Notes under the pieces: model-generated | Seen by the model: the letters and a program-made list of their open reading frames with translations, nothing else | Told to the model about the DNA's origin: nothing | The model's database searches: none | Shown here: piece after piece, positions 53,381 through 64,000 of the stretch | How the letters are laid out: the number at the start of each line of letters is the position of its first letter | Position numbering within the stretch: position 1 is the stretch's first letter | Position numbers and translations under genes: made by a program | From: Octopus vulgaris | Lineage: Eukaryota | Assembly (NCBI GenBank): GCA_951406725.2 | Contig: OX597816.1 | Coordinates: forward strand, 83,328,001-83,392,000 | DNA: 64,000 nt | Direction: 5' to 3'

Positions 53381-54475
53381 TGGGGTGAGGGAGAAAAGAA
53401 ACTAAGAAAAAACAAAACAAAACAAAAATAGGACTTTCCACACCGCTACACTACCATTAACCTTATTGAAATTGAATTTTAAATGGAGTAAAATAAAATA
53501 TGTAAAATATAATAAAACGCTGCCCTAATTAACCAATTAACCCACATTAGATGACTGAATGAATCTACTCTTTTGGCCCACTAATTTCTTAAAGAAAAAA
53601 AAGATAAAGACGGGGTCGATCTCATCAAGAATATTTACATATATTCTTTGTTTTTTTTTTTTAATTTAGATGTAGTCATTTTTCTAAAAACTTTTAAAAG
53701 CTAACACCTTTGTTCTTTTCGTATCTTGTGAAAAAAGGGAAGGGTTCAGTCTTTTTTTCGACAGAAAACTATTTCTTTTTATCTTTCTTCTCCCCCCAAT
53801 CATCCTATTTCTTTCTACTTTCTCAGAGTCAAAGATGCATTTCGAAGATGTGCGAAAAAATATGGTAGACATTTTTTTTTCGTGCCCAAGTATATAACTG
53901 TTGCTTTTACAAGCCGACGAGTGTCCCTACTCGATATGTACTTAAAAGGTCACATTGGATACTGCAATTTTAGATAATACCATTGAGAAAGACGAAATGG
54001 TCATGTGCTGGAAAGACTTTGATAGCAGATTTGCTCAGAAAGCTGTTCGGGTAGCAAACAAGAACAACAACTACTACTACTACTACTACTACTACTAGTA
54101 GTAGTAGTAGTAGTAATTTATTTCCATAGCATTGAATCTTTTTGTGTTGTTTTCTATATTATTTTAAATTTATATTAATTTGTATTATTCTAAGCCATGT
54201 GTTTTAATCCGTCCCACTTAAGAGTGTTATGAACCCATAAGGGAGGGGAAAATGTCAATGGATGCTACTGAATATGCTAGAGTTGGTGGTGGTGATGTTA
54301 GAGTGGTGACGATTACTGTTACAAATAGAATATTTAAACCAGGTACAACACATATATTTCAAACACATTTTCCAAAACCTTTTGCGCAGATTACGTATGA
54401 AAAAAACTTCCTGTTATCAGTGGACAGAAAAATGCTTAACGAAGCGCCAACATCGAAGATAATTTCTTTATATTA

Positions 54476-55724
54476 CGAGGGGCGTTCAATAAGTAATGCC
54501 CCTGACCCACTTCCCATAGCAGTAGAGCAACGAAACTTGGCACAGTTATTAGTCTTTTTCTACATAGGAACCACCCAGAGTTACGCATTTCTCCCATCGT
54601 TTGATGCGGCTCTGGAGACCGTTTTTGTAGAAGAACCCAGCTTGGTCCTCCAACCTCAACGTGACTTCAGAAATCAAGGCTGCATCATCTTGGAAACGCT
54701 TTCCTTTCAAAAACAACTTCATGATTGGGAAGAGGTGAAAATCAGAGGGTGCAAGGTCAGGAAAGTAGGGGATATGGGGAGGAGTTCATAGCCATACGCC
54801 TGTGCTTCTGATCTGGCGACAAGCGAGTTGTGGACCGGAGCGTTGTCCTGCAGGAGGAGGATGCCTTTGCTGATCTTGCCCCGCCTCTTGATTTTAATAA
54901 CTTCTCTTAATTTCCTCAAAAGTGAAGCATAATAGGCTACTGCAGTTGTGGTACCCTTTGCCAGGAAATCTGTCATCACTACTCCGTCCTGGTCCCAGAA
55001 GACTGTGAGCATGACCTTGCCAGCGGAGGGCTGAACCCTTGCCTTCTTTGGAGGGGGTGAGTCACGGTGCTTCCACTGCATTGACTGGGCTTTGGTCTCT
55101 GGATCATCGTGATGGACCCAGGTTTCATCCTGTGTAATCAGTCTTTTGAAAAATTGTGACTCATCTTCTTGGCACATCTCCAAATTCACCCTCGAGCACT
55201 CGACGCGTTCTTGCTTCTGGAAAGGCGTGAGCAACCTGGGAATCCATCTGGCAGACACCTTTTGCATATGCAAATGGTCATGAATGATAGTTTCCCCAGA
55301 CCCGGTACTAATCTTGACCTCATGGGCTATTTGGCGAATAATTATGCGTCGATCTTCCAAAATGGCAGACGACCAGATCTGGGAGCTGTTTCCACAGAGT
55401 TCCGACCATGTTTGAATTCACGATGTCAGCGTTTTACAAGGTCATATGATGGGGCAACATCACCATAAGTTACCTTCATTTCATCAAAAGTGTCCCGTGG
55501 TGTGCGTCCTTTCAAATACAAAAACCGGATCACTGCTCGACACTCAACAGGCTCCATTTCACACTTGACTCGGTTCGAATACCTGTAAATCAGAAACCAC
55601 AATTAATTCAGAGCTGTAATTTGCCACTTACTCTATAGAGATACAAATGATTGAACCTGCAAAATTCCAGCTAGATCAAACAACTGCAAGTGGGTCAGAG
55701 GCATTACTTATTGAACGTCCCTCG
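54476..55724 (-). mobile_element. Full-length mariner (DD34D) transposon with disrupted transposase
   Basis: TIRs CGAGGGGCGTTCAATAAGTAATGCCCCTGACCCAC and GTGGGTCAGAGGCATTACTTATTGAACGTCCCTCG, with TA on both sides. ATG at 55557 (MEPVECRAVIRFL). WIPRLL, ITQDETW, LQDNA and frameshifted PYFPDLAPSDF motifs. An in-frame stop and a deletion are present. Confidence 0.95.
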
Positions 55725-56049
55725 TAATTCTTGGTTTGAGTAATTTCCGTAAAATTTCAACATAAGGGACAATACTCATGCAAATATCTAAAAAACAAAT
55801 AAGCGTATGCTGGATTGGATAGGCTAAGTTATGGGAGGACTTCCAGATCAAACTGGGTTCTGACTTTTGACTGGCCAATAATTTATTCCAGACGATTCAC
55901 TGATTACTTAACAAGCCCCCTTCCACGTCTAACATTAAAAACTTGGAGTTCTTCTCTCTACAGAGATGAGCATTCTCGGCGGGTGGAGGGACTACATCAC
56001 TGACCTCCTGAATTCAGTCACCGAAATCTGTTAGACATGAGATGCATCT

Positions 56050-56720
56050 AGGGGTGAAGACTAACCTCACAGAGGCTGAAGTCATGAGAGCAATTAAAAC
56101 GACCAAATGTTGCTAGGCTGCTGGATAGGATGAAATACGGCCTATGTTAAAATTCTTCGAGAAAGCTGGCTGTGTCATGTATCGTAAGTGGGTTGGACCT
56201 CTAGAAAAACACCAGGAGATAAGGGAGACAAGAGCGAGTGCTCTAATTGTAGATGAATCTCTTTATTGAGCCTTGAAGTGTCTTGAAAAGAGATGTAGAG
56301 AAACTGTAGAGCTCAAGCTTGTTCAAGAACAGTGTGACTTCCATCTTGGACATAGCAGAATCGATCAAATATTCATTCTACGTCAGGTCTCCGAAAAGTT
56401 TTGGGAATTTTGCCGAGAGGTGCACGCTTTCTTCGTAGACCGCGAAAAAGCGCCTGACTGCATACTGCAGGACATACTGTGGAGTGTTTTATAGGAGTTT
56501 GGGTTTAATGAGCTGCAAATGCTCAGATATCTCTGTTCGGGTAAAAGGTATTATGACGAAATATTTTAACGTGGGTGTTGGACTTCGGTAGGGGTGTGTG
56601 TAGTCATCACTTCGTTTCTTAACTTTTGGAACTGGAGCGACATACGCAGCCGCTGTGGAAGTAGAAGTGTTAGTATTGCTCTATATCAGCTATAAACAAC
56701 TGCAGCCCGTGGGACCTTCT
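56050..56720 (+). pseudogene. RTE-clade LINE reverse transcriptase relic
   Basis: EQCDFHLGHSRIDQIFILRQVSEKFWEFCREVHAFFVDREKAPD..LWSVL matches the RTE pattern QxGFRxGRSTxDQIFxLRQxxEK...FVDxEKAYD. Confidence 0.85.
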
Positions 56721-57329
56721 GAATGGTCCAGCTAACGAAAAATTGCCTTCAGTTCGCTTGTTTTTTTATAGTGCGACCGCTTCTCTAAAATTGTTGCCAA
56801 TGTCTAAACGAGATATACATATAAGACAGAATGATCATTGTTGGAATGTCTTTGATATTAAGTTTTCTCTGTAGGGCTGACCTGGGTGGTTAAGCAACAA
56901 CAACAACAACGAGAACAACAACAACGACGACGAAGTAGAAAGCTAATTCTAAAATTAGAAAAAACAAAACAAAACAGAAATAAAATCATAAGAATAATTC
57001 CATTCGACTTTTTCCTCTCCAATAACTTGGACATCTTCCAACTGTGTTGGGATATAGGCGAAGATTAAATAGGGCAATTTCATTCGCCGAATGAATCTGA
57101 AGCTGACATTATTTGTAAAGAACCTGAATAGAAATGAAGTAGTTTCTTTTTATTTTAATTACACTAATTAGCGTGGTATAATTAATTATCAAATAAATAT
57201 ACGAAACAAACAAATATATACACCGGATTGAGCACAGTGGGTAAAAGTTAAATACTGTTATAGCTAATATCCTACTTATTTGTTAAGTAGAGAGCATTGC
57301 AATTAAATACACAAATACCTACCTATCTA

Positions 57330-57398
<69 letters not shown>

Positions 57399-57532
57399 TA
57401 TACATGCATATATATACATACGTATATACATATATATACATGCATGTATATACATTTATATATATACATACGTATATACATAGTTATATATCTATATCTA
57501 TCTATATATATATTAACGATCTTATCCTTATT

Positions 57533-57565
<33 letters not shown>

Positions 57566-58129
57566 GTACATACATACATATATATATATATATACATGCG
57601 TGTCTCTGTGTGCGTGTAATGTGTATGAGTGCGCGGCGCGCGCGTGTGTGTGTGGGTGGGTGGGGAGTGCATATGTGTGTGTGTGTGTGTGTGCATGTAT
57701 AGTAATTATTCTAATTATCACTACAATACTAACATTAGTCTTTTTGCCATAATTACCCTAGTGGAGAAACCATGGTAACCATCATATCTTGATCAGAAAT
57801 CTATCGGTAAATCTGCCTGAATGTCACACATATCTTGTCATTGAAATTACACCACCACCGCCACCATCACCGTCACCACGACCATAACACCACTGCCACG
57901 ACGACGACCACCGCCACCATCATCACCAACACCACCACCAGCACCAACAACAACAACAACAAACCAACAGCAACCACACTATCAGCAGCAGGAGGTGGAG
58001 AAGGAGTAAAAGAAGCAACAACACCAACACCATAATAAAAAAACAACGACGGCAACAGCAGGAAAAGCAGCAACAACAACAATATCATCATCACCACAAT
58101 AACGACAACAACTACAACGGCAGCAGCGA

Positions 58130-58500
58130 GCCGCAATGGCCCAATGGTTAGGGTAGCGGACTCGCGGTCGGAGGACCGCGGTTTCGATTCCCAGACCGGG
58201 CGTTATGTGAGTTTATTGAGCGAAAACACCTAAAGCTCCACGAGGCTCCGGCACGGGGTGGTGGTGACCCCTGTTGTACTCTTTCACCCCAAATTTTTCT
58301 CACTCTTTCGGCCTGTTTCTTGTCCCCGACTTCCTACGCAACCGCTGAGCCTGGATGCGCATTTATCCATCCGTCGATGCTCTCGGTGTCGGAGGTTGAC
58401 CTGCTTTCTCGTCTGCGGGTCTTACGAATAGCAAAGGACCACGTTTCGGACTTCTCCCACAGGGACGAAGATCGCTTCGCTCATTAAACAAACAAACAAA
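58130..58500 (+). mobile_element. tRNA-Arg(TCG)-headed SINE, tail type C
   Basis: Head and body as in 2868-3050, then an unrelated tail ending in (AAAC)n. Confidence 0.85.
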
Positions 58501-58679
58501 CAAAACAGCTACAGCAAATGCAACACCAACACCACCAAACAACACAATATACCATGCATGAATACGTGGCAGATAAAGAAAGAGTTATATATATATATAT
58601 ATATATATATATTTGACAAGAATCAAGCCGATTTCTTTCCTCAGTCGAGTTCCAGATTATCTTTGCACAGATTATGTTA

Positions 58680-59004
58680 TTCTGTTTCTTGTTTCACTCA
58701 TTAAGTTGCGGTCATGCTGGAGCACCGCCGTCGAGGGTTTTAGTCGAAGAAATCGATTCAAGGACTTATTCATTGTAAGGCTTAGTACTTATTCTATCGT
58801 TCTTTTGCCGTACCGCTAAGTTACAAGGACGTAAACACAACAACACTGGTTGTCAAGCGATGGCGGGGGGAAGGGAACAAACACAAACAAAAACACAGAT
58901 ACACACACACACTCACCCCTCCACGCACACATACATACATACATACATACATGCATGCATGCATGCATACATACATACATACATACATATATACATACAT
59001 ATAC

Positions 59005-59044
<40 letters not shown>

Positions 59045-59365
59045 TTACGACGAGCTTCTTTCAGTTTCCGTCTACCAAATCCACTCACAAGGCTTTGGTC
59101 AGCCCGAGTCTGTGGTAGAAAATACTCGCCTAAGTTGCCATGCAGTGGGACTGAACCCGGAACCATGTGTTTGTGAAGCAAACTTCTTACCACATAGCCA
59201 CGTTCACAATGGACTTCTTTAGATTCCACGCACAAAAATGGTCGGGCTGACACCATTCAAAGGCTTATAAGCAGATTTGGTAGAAGACACTTTCCCAAGA
59301 TGCCACGCAGTGGGACTGAGCCCGGAAACGTGTGTTTAAGAAGCAAACTTCTTACCACACAACCA
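58680..59365 (-). mobile_element. SINE group A copy plus duplicated head fragment
   Basis: Full copy at 58680-59200; extra head at 59265-59365. Confidence 0.8.
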
Positions 59366-59833
59366 CACTTGTACCTGAATTAATAAAATATCAACGGTCA
59401 TTATTTTAATGAATTATTTCTACAACAGTAGAATGCACAAAAAATTATTATAATATCCGTTTGAAATTTTGGCGCAAGGGCAGCAATTTTTACAGAGTAA
59501 GAGGGTTAATCGATGATATCAACTCTCGTACCTGACTAGTATTAATTTTATCGACTTCAAAAGATGAAATGCAAGGTTGGCCCAAGCTGATTTTGAACTT
59601 AGAAGAAAAAAAAAAGACTCTAGTGAAATGTCAGCACTTTGTCCTCTGCTCTAAAATTGTATTAGCAGACCGTGCTTAGATTTATTGAGATAAATCCTTT
59701 TCTCCAACTGCTGCTCTCTGGAACGTATTAAAATCGTCTTACTTTCCTATGTATGACATTCAATCCTTTAAGCTTTCTGTCTACTGACATAATTTCAAGG
59801 TCCTTTCTTTTCCTTCTTTGTAGTCCCTTAGGC

Positions 59834-60128
59834 CAGTGCTTCTCAAACTATCTGACGTGGTGTACCGGTAGTATTTTTCTTCTCCAATGTGCCAGGAGCC
59901 GGTAATATTTCTTAGTAGTATTAATTTATACCGGAAACAATATATATAATGAGTATAATAAAAGTTTACATTTTTTAAATCTTATATTTATTTGTAAACA
60001 AATAATACAATATTACATAAGCATTTTATAATGTTTCTTTCTTTTCTTTCTGGAAACTTGCCGCGTACTGGCGGCTTATAGCTCGCGGACTGGTACCGGG
60101 CCGCAGACTACCGCTTTGAGTAGCATTG
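59834..60128. mobile_element. hAT-family MITE
   Basis: TIRs CAGTGCTTCTCAAA and TTTGAGTAGCATTG. 8-bp TSD-like flanks CCTTAGGC/CCTAAGGT (6 of 8 match). TACCGG subterminal motifs. Confidence 0.75.
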
Positions 60129-60294
60129 CCTAAGGTCACAATGGCCTCATGCCTTGTTTGGGACAAAATCGTATAACGAAAAACAAAACAAAGCAAAACA
60201 AAAATATTAACCAAGTAAAATAAAGACATAAATTTTGACTTCTAGATCTGTTCCGCCGTTCTGTGTCTTTGTAAGCCTCATTAAAAAGGTCACT

Positions 60295-61045
60295 TACCAC
60301 CCTCTCGCCATTAGCATTGCCACCTTGCTGCCATCATCACAACCAACACCATCCTTAACATCATCAGCACTAATATGCCAGTGCAATAGCCACCCCCTCC
60401 ACCACCAACACCAGTAGGCCTATCGTCACCACCGTCATCATTGTCATCACAACCAGCAGTTAACAATATCTGCTGCACCATTACCAGCACAATAACCACT
60501 ACCACCACAACCAATACTACCGCTACGACAGCGATAACCATCGTAACCACCACTACCACTACAATAATCACCATCAAGTATTATCATCGTCATCGGTCAT
60601 CCTCGTCGTCGTCATTGCCGTCGTTCTCACTATCATCATTATCGACATCACTATTACCACCACCATTTCATTCACCATCACTACCACCACCGCTACCACA
60701 AAAATTACTTCTCAACGTATCCCCCAGCATCATCATTACCACCATAATCACCAACACCACTACCACTACCACCACAACAACCATCACCACTATCACCAAC
60801 GGCAGCACCACCAAAACCACCAGCTACACCACTACCACCACTACCAGCATCCCCACCGCCACTACCGCCACATTCAGAACCAGCAGCAGCAGCAGCACCA
60901 CCACCACCAGTACCTACACCACTACAGCCATCACCATCACTGCCACTACTGCCATCACCACCACTGTTACTACCACCGCCTCCACAATCACCACCACTAC
61001 CATCACCAGGATCACCACCTACACCACCACCAACCACTGCCATTA
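60295..61045. repeat. Degenerate (CAC)/(CAT)/(TAC) trinucleotide simple sequence
   Basis: Cryptic triplet simplicity producing Thr-rich and Gly-rich spurious ORFs. Confidence 0.8.
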
Positions 61046-61528
61046 TCATGAAGAAGAAGAACAACTATAATCAAAACTGCAGAATTTGAACCTGAGACCG
61101 GTACCGCCATGGTCGAATGTTCCTCCCCACCCATGTTCCATATGGAAGTGTCTCCTTGGGGATCTGCCACGCTGCCACTTGGAAGGTGTTGCCATCTCAC
61201 TAGAAGCTGTGATTAGAAGTCAATTGCCGTTTATCCAGTCTGACCTGCTTTCTCACGCAACCAGCCTTTTCTCATCACGTTAGTACCACACTTAACAACA
61301 TCAACACACACATACACACACACACACACACTCACTCACACACACACACAGACACTCACACACACACATACACACAATCATCAAACTCTTACGCACAAAG
61401 ACAGTAGACGATATAATTGTTAGTATAATAGATATACACACACGATATACATCATACACGCATACATACAACCATGCATAAGTACATACATACGTGTGTG
61501 TGTAACTTATATATACACATATATACAT

Positions 61529-61566
<38 letters not shown>

Positions 61567-62987
61567 AAATATGTATGTTTTCAATTATATGTAAATATGT
61601 GTGTGTATGCATAATTATATGCAAACATATATGCATCATAAATAATATACAACTTTTTATATAATATATATATACATGTATATGTATACGTGTATACATA
61701 AACATATATATATATCTGTATGTATATACCCCTACACTCACATATACATAGATACACACACACATATATGTATGTATGTGTGTATGTATGTATGCACGTA
61801 TACACATTGATCTGTAAACTCTTAATCCCATACACACAATGCATTCATTCGATAACGCGCACTCTCCACATTCGTTTTCATCTCCAATACACGCCCATAT
61901 AACTTATGCACTGGTGCATGTCTGCACGTACACATATACATTACTCAATAATTAACCCACACTCACTCGCTCTTTCTCGCTCACACTCAAATGAATGGCC
62001 ATGATATGAGTGCTATCTTTGCAATCGCATTGTCTCCCCATGGAATTCGCTATCTTCTCACGATTTATATTTACTCTGTAAAATTATCCCCCGTCCCCAC
62101 CGCTACTATCAACTCCTTGCCCTCTTCTTTACTCTTGTTCTTTGTCTCATTCGCTTTTTTTTTTGTATGTTTTGTTTATTTCTAAGAATGTAAACAAATT
62201 CTATTGTTTTCAAAAATATTGTCTGATCCTTTTTTCGAATTCAATTCTATCCATCCGTATGATTTGTTTTGTTTTTCTATCTTTGATCTTAGCCATTGGG
62301 TATGTGTCTTGCTAGCGAATGTTAGAGGAACAAACTAGAACGCCTCTTTCTTTCAAATCTCTTCTCTAGACTTAAAGTAAAAACGAACATCGCACACCAG
62401 AAGGTAAGTTTAGTTACCCTTGTTTCGTTACCACAGTTTCGATTTCCAGTCGTTCCTATCCAGTTTAAAATACACTATGATCCTCAAAGGTATAAATCAC
62501 GGACTTCCGAATTTTTGCTCGAGTAAACCAGACGCTGTATGTATGTATGTATGTATGTATGTATGTATGTATGTATGTATGTATGTATGTATGTATGTAT
62601 GTATGTATGTATGTATGTATGCATGTATGTATGCATGCATGGCGTTAACCATATTTTCGTCTCCTGTCTGGCTCTAAGGCTGTATTCTGTTTATTTATTT
62701 CAGTTTCTTCGTATGTCCACATTTCATCTTGTTTATTTCCGTCTTTATCCCTCGTCTATCCACTAATGGTCTCGTCTTGAATCACATTTATTTCATAACC
62801 TGAAATTGTATGTTCACTTTCTGTCATGACTTACCATTTCCTGGTGGCTTCTTGCTGCCGATTCCAGCAGAGGAGAGTAATATTATCGTTGAAGGCATGA
62901 AATTGCGTCTGACCCTCCGGCCGTAAACGCTAAGGATTTGATGATCTTCTGTGTCTGTTTTCTGTTTGCGCATTTATTATATGTTTT

Positions 62988-63027
<40 letters not shown>

Positions 63028-63257
63028 AGAGGCTTGTATCGATCGTATAGATTTATAATGCTAGAAAACACATAAAGTGCAGAAAAAATATCGTTCAGCA
63101 GCAGACGTAATTTTCGTCTGCTACTGATATTCATCCGTGCAGTGTACGTCTACACGAGATGCTTTTTCGCGACGAATATCGAAGTTGTGTGTGTTTCGAC
63201 TTACAGGAGGATGTTCTGAAATATTCTGAAATAATACTGTTTCCACCGCTAGTAAGA

Positions 63258-63468
63258 ATACGCCATGTTGGATCGTTAGCCCCTACACGCAATTTTTTTC
63301 TCTCCTTGTTTCTCTCCTTGTTTCTTTTCTGTGTATCTTTCTGTCGAAGAGCGTAGGCTCGAAACGTAAAAGACTTGTTTTATTTCTATTCCTGAGCGCC
63401 ATACTAATACATTGTTTGTTTGTACTCCACCTGCCTTGGTCTTTTGTTTATTTTCGTAAACTTTCCCG

Positions 63469-63470
<2 letters not shown>
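63258..63470 (+). mobile_element. Family X2 pLTR fragment, best-preserved hammerhead-like motif at 63336-63373
   Basis: UCUUU-CUGUCGA-aGAGC-guag-GCUC-GAAA-CG-UA-AAAGA. The 3' end runs into (TA)n. Confidence 0.7.
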
Positions 63471-63537
<67 letters not shown>

Positions 63538-63538
<1 letters not shown>

Positions 63539-63811
63539 AAGTGTTACGGAATGGAGTAGGATCAATCCGGGCTACATATGTTTCATAGGGAGTGAAACCT
63601 CAGAAGTGGTAAAATCCAAGCGATGTGTATACCACCGGCTACTCTTCAGGCCAAGGATTTCTTGATTAGATTAAAGGTTACATTGTCGCATAGAGGTATA
63701 TGTTGTCACAAAGAGGATTCAATCAGAATATGCGGAGGGCACACATTCTGATTGAATCCTCTTTGCATCAACATGTACCTCCATTTTTCCTACTCCATTC
63801 CGTAACTCTTG
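63538..63811. repeat. Nested long inverted repeat (fold-back)
   Basis: Outer arms 63538-63561 and 63788-63811; inner arms 63693-63729 and 63745-63781. Confidence 0.85.
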
Positions 63812-64000
63812 CATTCCGTAACTCTTATATTCTTTTTCGCACTCTCGGCAACCCTGTTCGCCTATTGGGGAATATATAAACAGGTTAGCTGCTTATTTCA
63901 CTGCGATTGGTTAAAATGATGTAGACACCTTTGATGACAGCACAATAAGTGTCGTAAATCGATGAAGCCTGTAGGATTTGTTTTCAATCTACGGAAAAAT

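Noticed and set aside
60441-61070. 209-aa Thr-rich mucin-like ORF
   Set aside because: Product of degenerate CAC/CAT triplets. Non-ATG start, no signal peptide, and no splice evidence.
61085-61285. Possible RTE C-terminal relic (minus strand, ..WQRGRSP..)
   Set aside because: A single short motif; insufficient evidence.

Overview
A repeat-saturated, AT-rich eukaryotic (animal) intergenic or intronic window. The SINE families and very heavy (TA)n/(CA)n/(TACA)n/(AAT)n load suggest an Octopus or other coleoid cephalopod genome (inference). I can support no host protein-coding exon; almost all long ORFs are microsatellite read-throughs. Recognisable content: three tRNA-headed SINE groups, CR1/L2-group LINE fragments (one 5'-truncated RT ORF), an RTE RT relic, a train of R4/Dong-type RLE retrotransposon 3' ends in (TAA)n, a full-length but dead mariner, maT and Tc1 relics, hAT and Tc1 MITEs, and a non-autonomous Helitron. 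The most notable structure is a very young 360-bp non-coding unit at 15750-17166, present as tandem and inverted copies between two (TA)n tracts. Each complete copy carries a type I hammerhead ribozyme with a palindromic helix III at the tip of a long stem, as in retrozymes or Penelope pseudo-LTRs. Four further families of hammerhead-like motifs, all abutting (TA)n tracts, occur elsewhere in the window (12 motifs in total by eye). All folds and alignments were done by eye.
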